64,000 nucleotides of DNA from Alphaproteobacteria bacterium (GCA_965237415.1 CBDEFM010000001.1:448001-512000); one strand, 5' to 3'. Positions 11,499 to 21,955 are shown, counted from the first letter of the stretch. Numbers and translations are program-made. The notes: generated by a model from the letters alone, not told the origin.

Positions 11499-12300
11499 CC
11501 GTCGCTTGCGCCAACTTCCGCAGTCCGTCGTTGCGGGTCACGATGAAGATGGCAAGCGCGGTGACGACGATGGAGGGGCCGGAGGGCGTGTCCCAAGTCG
11601 CGGACGCGTAGAGCCCGCCCACCGTGGCGACGGCGCCGGCCGCCGCCGCGCCTGCGGCCATCCATTCGGGATTGGGCGCGAAGCGACGAACCGTCGCCGC
11701 CGGGATCACCAGCAGCGCCACGATCAGCAGGATGCCGACGATCTTGATGGCGACGGCGATGATCACCGCCACCAGAAGCCCGAATATCAGCCGCGCGCGC
11801 TCCGGCTTCAGTCCCGCCACGGTAGCGAGGTCCGCGTCGACGGTCGCCGCCAGCAGCGGGCGCCAGAGCCACCACAGCACGCCCAGGACGATCGCGCCGC
11901 CGCCCCAGATCACCGCGAGATCCGTGCGCGAGACGGCGAGGATGTCGCCGAAGAGCAGTGCGTGCAGGTCGAGGCGCATGGCCGGGAAGAAGGACAGGAT
12001 GACGAGGCCCAGCGCCAGCCCGCCATGGGCGAGCAGGCCGAGCAACGTATCGGTCGGCAGCGTGCCGCGTCTGTCGAGATAGAACATGATGAGCGCCACC
12101 AGCGCAGCGCAGATCAGAATGCCGATCACCAGGTTGAAGCTGAACACGATGGCGAGGGCGACGCCGAGCAGGGAGGAGTGCGCGATCGTCTCGCCGAAAT
12201 AGGCCAGTCTGCGCCAGACGACAAAACACCCCGCGGGCCCGGTGACGAGGGCGAGGCCGATCCCGGCAAGCAGGGCGCGCACGAAGAAGTCGTCGAGCAT
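11482..12300 (-). CDS. znuB: zinc ABC transporter permease
   Basis: GCFVVWRRLAYFGETIAHSSLLG, LFGDILAV, DTPSGPSIV. Confidence 0.92.
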   Translation of the reverse strand: MLDDFFVRALLAGIGLALVTGPAGCFVVWRRLAYFGETIAHSSLLGVALAIVFSFNLVIGILICAALVALIMFYLDRRGTLPTDTLLGLLAHGGLALGLVILSFFPAMRLDLHALLFGDILAVSRTDLAVIWGGGAIVLGVLWWLWRPLLAATVDADLATVAGLKPERARLIFGLLVAVIIAVAIKIVGILLIVALLVIPAATVRRFAPNPEWMAAGAAAAGAVATVGGLYASATWDTPSGPSIVVTALAIFIVTRNDGLRKLAQATVSRRR

Positions 12301-12303
12301 CGC

Positions 12304-12970
12304 TCAGCCCCCGGCCGTGGAGCCCGCGGCAGGGGGCTTCTCGTCATGCTCGTGGGGCACCAGGACGACGACATCGTCGCCGGTCTTCGCCGCCAGCTCG
12401 ATGTCGTGGGAGATAATCAGGATGCCGCAGCCGATGGTGCGGCGGATCTCCTCGATCAGCTCGTAGAAGACCTCCGTCCCGCTGACGTCGACCCCCTGGG
12501 CCGGCTCGTCAAGGACCAGCAGGTCGGGCCGGTCGATCAACGCCCGTGCCAGCAGCAGGCGCTGGAACTCGCCGCCGGAGAGCGTCGCGATGGGCGGATT
12601 GCCGAGCTTCTCCAGTCCGACGGCGGCGAGCGCCGCGTCGATCTCGCGACGGGAGTAGCGACCGGTCAGGGTCATCAGCCGGCGGAGCGTGAGCGGCAGC
12701 GTCGGGCTTATGGAGAGGCGCTGCGGCACATAGCCCAGCGCCGCCGCCGGCAGCCGCTCCACCTTGCCTTCGTCGATGGCGATCAGGCCGAGCACCGCCT
12801 TGGCGCAGGTCGACTTGCCGGCGCCGTTGGCGCCGATCAGGAAGACCAGCGCGCCGCGCAGCACCTGGAGGTCGACATACCGGAAGATCCAGCGCTCGCC
12901 CAGCCGCACGCCGATGCCGCGGGCGCTGACGAGCGGGTCAGACCTGGCGGCGGGTGCCATTCCTGCCGTC
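12304..12970 (-). CDS. znuC: zinc ABC transporter ATPase
   Basis: GANGAGKS, YVPQ, LSGGEFQR, LDEP.QGVD, SHD; start uncertain. Confidence 0.9.
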
Positions 12971-13109
12971 ATACCCGATTCCGGCAAAGACATATACGTC
13001 AACTAGGTCGACAAAAAACTCTTTTGCATCATATTAGCGGACCGCTCAAACTAGTATACAAGTCGACGACCATTGTGGCTATGGTCGCTCGATCTGCGGA
13101 GGTCTGACA

Positions 13110-14171
13110 GTGATTCGTCTGCCGATGATGCCGGTGCTGCGACGCTTGCCTCTCGCGCTCGCCGCGGCAGCGCTCCTCTCTTGTGCCGCCGCCGGCCCGG
13201 CGTTGGCCGACCACGACTTGCGGGTCGTTGTCACGATCAAGCCGGTGCATTCGCTGGTAAGTGCCGTGATGGCGGGCGTGGGCGAGCCTCACCTCATCAT
13301 CCGGGGCGCCGCGTCGCCGCATACGTTCAACATGCACCCCTCTGACGCGATGGCGATCGCGGACGCCGATGTCATCTTCCTGATCGGCGACACAATGGAG
13401 ACCGCGCTCGCCGGGCCGGTCGAAACGCTCCCCGGACACGCCGACGTGGTCGTGCTCGCCGACGCGCCGGGTCTGATTCTTCAGCCGCTCCGCGAGGGCG
13501 GTGCGTTCGAGCGGGACGACCACCATGGCCACGGCCACCAACGGCAGGATGGGCACGACGACGTTCACGAGGTGCATGTGGGCGAGGCGCGAGCGGATGA
13601 AGTCGCAGTCGAGCACCACGACGACCATGAGGACGGCCCCTTCGACATGCACATCTGGCTCGACCCGATCAACGGCTGGGCGATGGCGCGGACGATCGCC
13701 GACGTCCTGGCCGAGGCCGACCCGGCCAACGAAGCGGTCTACGAGGCCAACACCGACGGGCTCCGCCGCCGCCTCGACCACCTGAACGAGGAGATCGCCG
13801 CGCAAGTGGCGCCGGCCCGCGGCGTGCCGTTCATCGTCTTCCACGACGGCTACCGCTATTTCGAGGACCGCTTCGGGCTCACCGTCGTCGGCTCGGTCGT
13901 GGTCAGCCCGTCGCGCCCGCCCGGCGTCCGGCGCATTTCCGAACTCCGCAACAAGGTTCAAGCGCTCGACGTGACCTGCGTGCTCGCCGAGCCCCAGTTC
14001 GACGAGAGCCTCGTCCGGACCATCGTCGAAGGCAGCGAGGTCGCAACCGGCACGGTCGATCCCTTGGGCGCCGCCATCGAGGACGGGCCGGAGCTCTACT
14101 TCACGCTGCTCAGCAACATGGCCGCGGCCTTCACGGACTGTCTCGCGCCCGGGGAGGGCGGCGCTAGCTAA
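13110..14171 (+). CDS. znuA: zinc ABC transporter substrate-binding protein
   Basis: TIKPVHSLV, ASPH, His-rich loop, HIWLDP, FHDGY.YFE. Confidence 0.92.
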   Translation: MIRLPMMPVLRRLPLALAAAALLSCAAAGPALADHDLRVVVTIKPVHSLVSAVMAGVGEPHLIIRGAASPHTFNMHPSDAMAIADADVIFLIGDTMETALAGPVETLPGHADVVVLADAPGLILQPLREGGAFERDDHHGHGHQRQDGHDDVHEVHVGEARADEVAVEHHDDHEDGPFDMHIWLDPINGWAMARTIADVLAEADPANEAVYEANTDGLRRRLDHLNEEIAAQVAPARGVPFIVFHDGYRYFEDRFGLTVVGSVVVSPSRPPGVRRISELRNKVQALDVTCVLAEPQFDESLVRTIVEGSEVATGTVDPLGAAIEDGPELYFTLLSNMAAAFTDCLAPGEGGAS

Positions 14172-15603
14172 GGGACCAGACGCTCGTCCCCGGATGGCGC
14201 GCCCGCCAGGGCCGCGCCTCCTCGAGCTGGGCCGCGAGGCGGAACAACGTCGCCTCTTCGGCGATGCGGCCGCCGAAATGGACGCCGATGGGGAGCCCGT
14301 CGCCGTTCCAGCTGAGCGGAAGCGCGATCGCCGGATTGCCGGTGCAGTTGAAGATCGGCGTGAACGGGATGAACGCCAGCAGCCGCTCGAAGAAAACCTC
14401 GGCATCGTCGTCGGCGAAGAGGTGGCCGTGCGGCGGCGGCGCGGTGCCGAGCGTCGGCGTCAGCCAGATGTCGTAGTCCTCGTAGAAGCGCGCGAAGTCC
14501 CGCGTCGTCGCATGGACATCGGCGATCCCCTGCACCAGATCGGCGCCGCTCAGCTTGCGCCCCTCTTCGATCAGATGGAGGTTGTTGGCCTCGGTGTTCT
14601 CGCTCGAGGGCGTCTGCCCGGTCGCCGCGGCGTAGCCGTCGAAGGCCCACGCCTCGTTGGCCTGGAAGATCTTGGTCCAGCCGTCGAACATCGTCTCGAC
14701 ATCGAAGGCGGGCGCTGCCGGCTCGACGATGTGACCCAGATCCTCCAAGAGCGCCGCGGCATCCTCCGTGGCGCGGACGCAATCGGCATCGACCGCGCTT
14801 CCCGTCGGCGCCTTCGTGGATATTCCGATGCGGAGCCTGCCCGGATCGGCACCCACTTCGTCGAGGAAGGGCCGCGCGGGCGGCGGTGCGTAATAGGGCT
14901 CGCCGACACCGGGGCCGGCGGTGGCGTCGAGCAGGGCGGCGCAATCCCGCACGCTCCGCGTCACCACATGCTCGATCGCGATACCGTTCCAGAGCTCGCC
15001 GAAGTCGGGGCCGTTGGGCGTGCGCCCGCGGCTCGGCTTGAGCCCGACCAGGCCGCAGGCCGAGGCGGGGATGCGGATCGACCCGCCCCCGTCGTTGGCA
15101 TGGCCCGCCGGCGCGATGCCTGCCGCCACCCCGGCCGCCGAGCCTCCGCTGGAGCCGCCGGGTGAGTAGCCGAGCTTCCACGGGTTATGGGTGGGGCCGT
15201 TGGCCACGGGCTCGGTGGAGCCGCTGGAGCCGCCCTCCGGCGTGTTGGTCTTGGCGAAGATGACCAATCCAGCGCGCTTCCACCGCGCCACCATTTCGCT
15301 GTCGAAGTCGCGGGTCCAACCCTTGAAGAAGCGGCTCCCGCAATCGGTCGGCACGCCGGCGTAGGACTGGGTCAGGTCCTTGAGCAGGAAGGGCACCCCC
15401 TCGAACGACCCGGCAGGGAGGCCGTCTGCGATCGAAGCCCGCGCCTCCGCCTCCATCGAGCGGACGATGGCATTGAGGTCGCCGTTGAGCGCCTCCGCCG
15501 CTTCGAGCGCGCACGCCAGCAACTCCTCCGCCGTCACCTCGCCGTTCTTGACGAGCGCGGCCAATCCCAAGGCATCGTGGGCGGCATAGTCCGTGAGCTT
15601 CAT
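14164..15603 (-). CDS. amidase signature family protein
   Basis: [38 protein letters not shown]. Confidence 0.93.
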   Translation of the reverse strand: MKLTDYAAHDALGLAALVKNGEVTAEELLACALEAAEALNGDLNAIVRSMEAEARASIADGLPAGSFEGVPFLLKDLTQSYAGVPTDCGSRFFKGWTRDFDSEMVARWKRAGLVIFAKTNTPEGGSSGSTEPVANGPTHNPWKLGYSPGGSSGGSAAGVAAGIAPAGHANDGGGSIRIPASACGLVGLKPSRGRTPNGPDFGELWNGIAIEHVVTRSVRDCAALLDATAGPGVGEPYYAPPPARPFLDEVGADPGRLRIGISTKAPTGSAVDADCVRATEDAAALLEDLGHIVEPAAPAFDVETMFDGWTKIFQANEAWAFDGYAAATGQTPSSENTEANNLHLIEEGRKLSGADLVQGIADVHATTRDFARFYEDYDIWLTPTLGTAPPPHGHLFADDDAEVFFERLLAFIPFTPIFNCTGNPAIALPLSWNGDGLPIGVHFGGRIAEEATLFRLAAQLEEARPWRARHPGTSVWSLS

Positions 15604-15753
15604 CCCCTAATCTCCCGATCGCAGCCCCGCTCAGGCTCACGCGTCCTGGCGGCAACTCAGCGCTCGTGTTGCTGAGGGTCCGGACGAGCACGGCATTCCG
15701 GCCCTTTGCGGAACGGTAGTGTCGAACCGGGGCGCGGGCAACAAGCCCGGCCG

Positions 15754-16443
15754 TTACTCTGCGGCGGCCAAACCGGCGGTGGAGTAATCGGGACTGCGCC
15801 GCGGGGTGTGCGGCGCGGGCGCCTCCTGCTGGAGGTGGATGGCCCGCGTCACCGCCTGCCCGATCAAGTCCATCTTGGCGATCTGCGCAATCTTGGGCGC
15901 GAGCCGCACGCATGCGCTCTCATCGAGCAGGCTCGGCCAGAGCGCGCAGGCCTCGGCCAGGCTGACGATCATGATGTCGCGCGGGTCGGGAACCTCGTCG
16001 CTCAGCAGCTCGCCGGCGAGTCGTTGCCGTACGTCCCGCAACGGCCGGCCGTTCTCGTCGCAATAGCGATGGGTGCCCATGACCAGCAGCATGCCGTCGC
16101 GGCCGCGGATCACGATTCCCCGCGCCACCAGCCGGTCGACCAGCATCGACAGTATCGCGTGATAGTTGCCGGCGAACACCTCGACCCAATGGACGATGGG
16201 GCGATGCCTGCCGTCGGCGGCGATCTGCGCGAGCGCACGGTCGAGCGCGGGTTCCTGCAGCGGCGCGGAGTCGACGACGAAGAGCCCGTCGAGGTCCGTG
16301 TCGATGCGGTCCGCAAGGGCGAGGTCCATCAACAGGGCCCCGCCGAGGGCCGAGCGAAGACTACGATCCGGCAGCCGAGTGCTGGGCCTGCCGGTGTCGT
16401 AGTCGAGCATCAGGAGGAACACCTCCTCGCACACCGTGATCAT
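15754..16443 (-). CDS. GPP34/GOLPH3-like protein
   Basis: MITVCEEVFLLMLD..G, L.GALLMDLAL..RID, P.PRDI.IVSLA.AC, DLIGQAV. Confidence 0.8.
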   Translation of the reverse strand: MITVCEEVFLLMLDYDTGRPSTRLPDRSLRSALGGALLMDLALADRIDTDLDGLFVVDSAPLQEPALDRALAQIAADGRHRPIVHWVEVFAGNYHAILSMLVDRLVARGIVIRGRDGMLLVMGTHRYCDENGRPLRDVRQRLAGELLSDEVPDPRDIMIVSLAEACALWPSLLDESACVRLAPKIAQIAKMDLIGQAVTRAIHLQQEAPAPHTPRRSPDYSTAGLAAAE

Positions 16444-16510
16444 GTGGCGCCACCCTGTGGCGATGGCAGAGCGGCAATATCCCACACCGGCGACGAAAAT
16501 GACAGTTTTG

Positions 16511-17473
16511 TTACATTGCCCCCCGCACGAACGCCGCGGCGGCATCCACGTACCAGGGCATCGAGCTCGCTCTTCCGTGAAACCCCACGTGTCCGCCGCA
16601 GCGTGTGACGACGACGCGAAGCGGCGCGCGCTCGACGACGGAAGGCGGCGGAACCCAGGGATCGTCGTCGGCGTGAATGAGGAGCGCGGGAATGCGGAGC
16701 GCGCCCATGCCGCGCAGGGGCGAGCAGGTCGTGTAGTAGTCCGCCGCGCCGCGATATCCGGCCTCTTTCGCGGTGAACGCGTCGTCGAAATCCCGGATAT
16801 GCCGCGCGCCTTGAACCGCAGCGCGCACGGGCGCCGGTGCATCGCGCCAAAGCGGCTCCGTCTCGCACCGCAGCCGCCCGAGCAGCCATCGCTCATAGAA
16901 GCGGTTTCGAGGACGGGCAATCCGCTCTGCCGTCGCCACGAGGTCCAGAGGCGCGGACACCGCAACCACGGCCTTCACGGCCCCGGGAAGGAAAGGCGCC
17001 TGGGCAAGGCGGAGGGCGAGCGCTCCGCCGAGCGAGAATCCCACGATCGCGATGCCACGTTGCGCGATGCCGGGATCGAGATCGCCCACTGCCAGGCAGG
17101 CGTCGGCGAGGTCTCGCACCCGGTCCATGTGGTAGTGGCCCTTGGCAAGCGTACGGCCCGGCGGCGAGCCCCGGAGGTTGAGGCGGACCACCGGCGCGCC
17201 ACCGGCCGCCCACGCGCCTGCGGATTGAAGCACGTGCCGGCTCCCCTCGCAGCCCGTGAGTCCCGGCACCAGGACCACGGCCGGCACCGGCTCGCGTCCC
17301 GGATGGAAGCGTGCGACAAGGCGGTCACCGCTTCCGTCGCTAAGCGGAATCTCGATACGCCGGCCTGAGTCCGGCGGGATGCCCGGAAGCCTTCCGGGAA
17401 GGACGTTCCGTATCGTTTGAAGGTCGGCGGTGATCCACGGCCAGCGGCGGCGAAAGGACGCAAGCGCCGTCAT
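16511..17473 (-). CDS. YheT-like alpha/beta hydrolase
   Basis: LQT, GLTGCEGS, GFSLGG, IHADDDPWV, GGHVGF. Confidence 0.88.
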   Translation of the reverse strand: MTALASFRRRWPWITADLQTIRNVLPGRLPGIPPDSGRRIEIPLSDGSGDRLVARFHPGREPVPAVVLVPGLTGCEGSRHVLQSAGAWAAGGAPVVRLNLRGSPPGRTLAKGHYHMDRVRDLADACLAVGDLDPGIAQRGIAIVGFSLGGALALRLAQAPFLPGAVKAVVAVSAPLDLVATAERIARPRNRFYERWLLGRLRCETEPLWRDAPAPVRAAVQGARHIRDFDDAFTAKEAGYRGAADYYTTCSPLRGMGALRIPALLIHADDDPWVPPPSVVERAPLRVVVTRCGGHVGFHGRASSMPWYVDAAAAFVRGAM

Positions 17474-17503
17474 CAGGCAGGAGACGCCCTCTGAGACGGC
17501 CCG

Positions 17504-18284
17504 TCAGTGCGCCTCGCGGGGCACGGCGGCGCCGCGCTGGCCCACGAGAAAGTCGAGATCGACACCGCGGTCGGCCTGCAGCACATGGTCGAAATAGAGG
17601 CGCTGATAGCCGGAGAGCATCGGCGGTTCCGGCGGCTGCCAGGACTCGCGGCGGCGCGCGAGCTCGTCATCCGGGACCTCGAGGTGGAGCCTGCGCCCGG
17701 CAACGTCGAGCTCGATCGTGTCGCCTTCCTTCACAAGCGCGAGCGGACCGCCGGCCGCGGCCTCGGGCGCCGTGTGCAGGACGACGGTGCCGTAGGCGGT
17801 GCCGCTCATGCGCGCGTCGGAGACCCGCACCATGTCGCGGACGCCCCGCTTGAGAAGTTTTTTGGGCAGGCCCATGTTGCCGACCTCGGCCATGCCGGGG
17901 TAGCCGCGCGGCCCGCTGTTCTTGAGGACGAGGACGCAGTTCTCGTCGACATCGAGATCGTCGCGGTCGATGCGCGCCTTGTAATCCTCGATCGTCTCGA
18001 AGACGACGGCGCGGCCCCGGTGCTGCATCAGTGCCGGCGTCGCAGCCGACGGCTTGAGCACGGCACCGCTCGGGGCGAGATTGCCGCGCAGCACGGCGAT
18101 CCCGCCCTGGGCAGCGAGAGGCCGGTCCAGCGGCAGGATCACGTCCTCGTTGTGGCAGGGCGCATCGGCGCAATTCTCCCCGATCGCCCGGCAGACCCTG
18201 GTTCTTCATCCAGCTTCGGTGCAGGAAGCCGTCCTTGTCGGCCTTCCCGAACCATTCGTGCGATCTGAGCTTGCGCCCCGCCAT
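17504..18284 (-). pseudogene. IlvD/Edd-family sugar-acid dehydratase with large internal deletion and frameshift
   Basis: N-terminus MAGRKLRSHEWFG...HRSWMKNQGLP joined out of frame near 18180-18190 to the C-terminal third (GNLAPSGAVLKPSAA, GYPGMAE, SDARMSGTAYG). Confidence 0.85.
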
Positions 18285-18388
18285 GCCTCTCCCCTCCTCG
18301 TTGCCGGCACCGTTGCCGCCGGGCGCCCGTTGTCCCACCCTAACGCAGAGTCGACATCCAATCGTAGGGGTCGCCCGGAGAGCAGCCG

Positions 18389-19174
18389 ATGCGCGTGGTG
18401 AGCTGGAACGTCAACGGGATCAGGGCTTGCGTGAAGAGGGGCTTCGCGGATTTTTTGAAACGCGCGCGGGCCGACATCGTGGGCGTTCAGGAGGTCCGCG
18501 CGCTCCACGAGGAGATTCCCGACGAGGCCCGCGCGCCGGCCGGCTGGCAGACGGCGTTCGTGGCAGCCGAGCGCCGGGGATACAGCGGCGTCGGAATCTA
18601 CGCGAGGCTTGCGCCGGAGCGGGTGGAGACCGGGCTCGGCGTGCCCCAATTCGATATTGAGGGCCGCTACATCGCCGCGCACTTCCGCAGCGAGCGCGGT
18701 CGCTTCGCCGTCGTCAACGCTTACTTCCCCAAGGGGGACGGAAAGAACCGCGATAACAGCCGCGTCCCCTACAAGCTCGACTTCTACCGGGCGGTCTTCG
18801 AGCGGGTGCAGCAGATGCGCCGCCGCTGCCCGGTGCTCGCGATCGGCGACTTCAACACCGCGCACCGCGAGATCGACCTCGCGCGGCCCAAGGCCAATGT
18901 CAGGAACAGCGGCTTCCTGCCCGAAGAGCGGGCCGAGATCGACCGCTGGCTGGAGGCCGGCTGGGTGGACGCCTTTCGCGCGCTCCATCCAGACGAGCCG
19001 GACCACTATAGCTGGTGGACGCAACGGGGCGGCGCGCGAGAGCGCAACGTCGGCTGGCGGATCGATTACATGCTGGCCTCTCCCGCCGCGATGAAACGGG
19101 TAGAGGGGGCCTTCATCTGGCCCCACCAGCATGGCTCCGACCACTGCCCGGTGGGCGTCGACATCGATTTCTGA
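18389..19174 (+). CDS. xth: exodeoxyribonuclease III / AP endonuclease
   Basis: SWNVNGIRA, QE, GYSGV, EGR, GDFN.AH, GWRIDY, SDHCP. Confidence 0.95.
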   Translation: MRVVSWNVNGIRACVKRGFADFLKRARADIVGVQEVRALHEEIPDEARAPAGWQTAFVAAERRGYSGVGIYARLAPERVETGLGVPQFDIEGRYIAAHFRSERGRFAVVNAYFPKGDGKNRDNSRVPYKLDFYRAVFERVQQMRRRCPVLAIGDFNTAHREIDLARPKANVRNSGFLPEERAEIDRWLEAGWVDAFRALHPDEPDHYSWWTQRGGARERNVGWRIDYMLASPAAMKRVEGAFIWPHQHGSDHCPVGVDIDF

Positions 19175-19197
19175 CCCGCATTTCCGCCCGACGCTCT

Positions 19198-19391
19198 GGA
19201 CCATGGTGCGGTGCAGGCTGCGCGGCGTCTGCGCCAGGATGGCGTTATGCAGCAATCATGCTTTCGCGCGTCGCGGCGCAAGAGCGAGCCGCCCGCAGTC
19301 CACGTCTTTGCCGCCCCTTGTCTCGCGGAATCCCACTTATCCCACTTATCCCACTTAATCCCACTTAATCCCGGCGAATCCCGCCCAAGAA
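19198..19391 (+). repeat. dispersed intergenic element, copy 1, with ATCCCACTT(A) x4 tandem array
   Basis: Shares GGACCATGGTGCG.TGCAGG...CTGCGCCAGGATGGCG.TATGCAGCAATCATGCT and CGCGGAATCCCACTT...ATCCCGGCGAATCCCGCC with the reverse complement of 38067-38229. Confidence 0.85.
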
Positions 19392-19535
19392 ATGTGTTTC
19401 GAGCGCGACGCCGGCCGTCACCGCAGGGAGAAATTCGAGGCCGTGCCCAGCCCCGCAACGGTGCCATGTTGGTCTCGAACCGGGTCGAGCCGGCGCCAAT
19501 TGAAGCGAAGCGCTACGGCACAACGAGGAGAGTTC

Positions 19536-20978
19536 ATGAGGCTTCCACTGGTATGTCTCGGCGCGGCGGCGGCACTCACGCTGGCGGCATGCGACGACCG
19601 AGCGACCGACATGTCGGTTCCGGTTATCCCCGACCTGCCGCTGCAAACGCCGCTTCACGCGCGCCAGGCGCCGATCGTGCCGCTCCAGAGGACCATTCAT
19701 GTCGGCGCCGATGTTGCAGCACGGGCCGACGCGCTGCTGCAGGCCGCCCTTCACGGCGAGATCAGGGTTTCTTACGGCTCGGTGCAGGATGGCATCGGCG
19801 CCGCCGAAGTGATTGCCTACCTGGAAGCGGACGCCGCCTCGTTCCTGGACGTGCAAGACCAGGACGACGACCCTGCGTCCATGGTGGAATTTCCCGGCGG
19901 CCTGTTCCTGCGCTTCGGCGCCGTGCCGCCGACGGTACGCTTGGCGGACGGCACTCCGCCGGCGCTGGTCGACGAAACGATTCGCGCGGTTCAGGCGATC
20001 AACGCGGCCCTGCCCGTAGACTGGCAGCTGGAGGTCAACCGCGACCCTGCGCCTGCCGGCACCGTCACCCCCTCAGACGGCGAAATCCTCGTCGTATTCG
20101 CGCGGGAGGAGGACTGGTCTCAAGAGGCCGCGCCGCCAATCGACGAGAACATCGGGCTGGCGGAACCGCTCTTCGCGGTGGTGCCGACCGGGGACCCGGA
20201 CGCGCCGTTCAGGATCGAGATCGGAGGCGGTCGGGTCTTCGTGGACCATACCCGAACCAAGGGGCTTGAGCGGCTGGGCGTCATCGCGCACGAGCTCATT
20301 CACCTGCTCGGCCGCGGCCATGTGGATGCAGATCGCTTCCCGAGAACGATCATGGTCGGGGGCGGCAGCGAGGAGCTCTCGGCGCACATCCTTCACCCTC
20401 TCGATCGAGAGGCCCTCCTCGCGGTGTATGGCCATCTTGAGCCAGGGACCGCGCCAGGACGTATCGCAGACGAGTTGGGAGACTGGTCCGACACCTCGCT
20501 GCACGCGCGCGGCGCGATCGACATCGAGGACGGCGAAATCTCTTTCGGCGCCGCGCTCAGGAACGGCCTGTCTCAGCCCTGGGCGTCCGGGCCATCGCCG
20601 CACACAAATCTTGAGGACAACACCGCACTCTCGGGCACCGTCTCCTGGGCCGGCCGTCTGCTCGGCCTCACGCCCGACGCCGAGGCGGTCGCCGGTGCCG
20701 CCGATCTCTCCCTCGACCTGACGAAGCTGACAGGTTGGGTCGAGTTTGCGGGGCTCGAACAGTGGGCGGCCAATGCAGCGCCGGGCGCGCTCGGGACCGG
20801 TGCAACCTGGAACGACGGCGACCTGCGTTACGGCATCGAAGTCCGCGGCAACACCTTCGTGCAGACCGGCGGCGATGCCGGCACCGTGACGGGCGCGTTC
20901 TTCGGCCCGGCTCACGAAGGCATGGGCGGTGTCCTCGAACGCGATGATTTGAGCGCCGGGTTCGGCGGCAAACGGTAG
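19536..20978 (+). CDS. surface lipoprotein with metzincin zinc-protease motif and TbpB-like C-terminal barrel
   Basis: Lipobox LAAC; HELIHLLGRGH (HExxHxxGxxH) followed by Met-turn RTIM; C-terminal GTVTGAFFGPAHEGMGG...AGFGGKR. Confidence 0.75.
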   Translation: MRLPLVCLGAAAALTLAACDDRATDMSVPVIPDLPLQTPLHARQAPIVPLQRTIHVGADVAARADALLQAALHGEIRVSYGSVQDGIGAAEVIAYLEADAASFLDVQDQDDDPASMVEFPGGLFLRFGAVPPTVRLADGTPPALVDETIRAVQAINAALPVDWQLEVNRDPAPAGTVTPSDGEILVVFAREEDWSQEAAPPIDENIGLAEPLFAVVPTGDPDAPFRIEIGGGRVFVDHTRTKGLERLGVIAHELIHLLGRGHVDADRFPRTIMVGGGSEELSAHILHPLDREALLAVYGHLEPGTAPGRIADELGDWSDTSLHARGAIDIEDGEISFGAALRNGLSQPWASGPSPHTNLEDNTALSGTVSWAGRLLGLTPDAEAVAGAADLSLDLTKLTGWVEFAGLEQWAANAAPGALGTGATWNDGDLRYGIEVRGNTFVQTGGDAGTVTGAFFGPAHEGMGGVLERDDLSAGFGGKR

Positions 20979-20983
20979 CGTGA

Positions 20984-21457
20984 CTACCCGGTCTGGTCGG
21001 CCCAGCCCTCGCCGTGCGCGGCCAGGAACTTGCCCTCGACCTTGATGTGGGTGAACAGCCACTTGCCGTCGCGCTTCACCAGGTAATCGTCATATTCGGC
21101 GGCGAACCAGCGGGCCTCCTTGCGGCCGTCGACCATCATGGTGCACCACATGATCAGACACCATTTCGCATTCGCCGTGTCGCCGTCGAGCGTGATGATG
21201 GGGTTCATCACCGGGTGGATTGCGAAGACGATCTCGTCCTTGATGCCGACGAAGAATTCCCTGATCGCCGCCTTGCCCTCGTAGCGGCCGAAGTCGCCGC
21301 CATCCCAGATGGCGTCCTCGACGAAGAGGCTCGCCATGCCATCAGGGTCGTAGCCGTGATCGGCGTAGTAGCAGTACTGCGACTTCATCTGCTTGATGTC
21401 TTCGATCGCGGTGAGCCTCGCGACCTGTTGCTCCAGAGTCGGTTCAGCCATCGTCAT
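20984..21457 (-). CDS. SnoaL-like / NTF2 family protein (LinA/BaiE-like)
   Basis: IEDIKQMKSQYC..AD, LF.EDA.WD, H...NP.I..DGD.A, Y.D....RDGKW. Confidence 0.85.
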   Translation of the reverse strand: MTMAEPTLEQQVARLTAIEDIKQMKSQYCYYADHGYDPDGMASLFVEDAIWDGGDFGRYEGKAAIREFFVGIKDEIVFAIHPVMNPIITLDGDTANAKWCLIMWCTMMVDGRKEARWFAAEYDDYLVKRDGKWLFTHIKVEGKFLAAHGEGWADQTG

Positions 21458-21511
21458 CCTCCCTGTGAGGCGCGGCCCGCGCGGCCCGCGCCGTGTTGTG
21501 TCGCGCGCCCG

Positions 21512-21955
21512 TCAGGGCGCCGGGTCCCCGCCGCCGTCGAACGCCTGCAGCTTCGCCACCAGCTCCTTAGGCAGCGGCGCCGGGCGGTGCGTCGTCTGAT
21601 CGGTGTTGACCCACACCACCTCGCCCGAGGCGAGGCGTTCGTCCTGCCCCTTCGGATGGATTTCCAAGCCGAAGGTGAGACTCGAGCGACCGATCCGCTG
21701 TGTGCGCACGCCGACCTCGATCTCATCGTCGAAGCGGATCGGCGCGTAGTACTCAACCAGCGTCTTGACCGTGTGATAGTCCTCGCCTGTGCGCTCCACC
21801 TGCCCCTGGTAGTCGTAGGGCAGCACGCGAAAAAACTCGGTGATCGCCGTATCGAAATAGGTGAGGTAGTGGGCGTTGAAGACGATCATCTGCCCATCGA
21901 CCTCCGCATACCTCACGCGGAACGGGAAGAAGAATGAAAAGTCCGATCTTGCCAT
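21512..21955 (-). CDS. 4HBT-family acyl-CoA thioesterase
   Basis: RVRYAEVD.Q.IVFNAHYLTYFD. Confidence 0.9.
   Translation of the reverse strand: MARSDFSFFFPFRVRYAEVDGQMIVFNAHYLTYFDTAITEFFRVLPYDYQGQVERTGEDYHTVKTLVEYYAPIRFDDEIEVGVRTQRIGRSSLTFGLEIHPKGQDERLASGEVVWVNTDQTTHRPAPLPKELVAKLQAFDGGGDPAP

Noticed and set aside
15660-15700. Hammerhead-like CTGAGGG...CGAG motif
   Set aside because: Core nucleotides (CUGAnGA, GAAA) are not matched.
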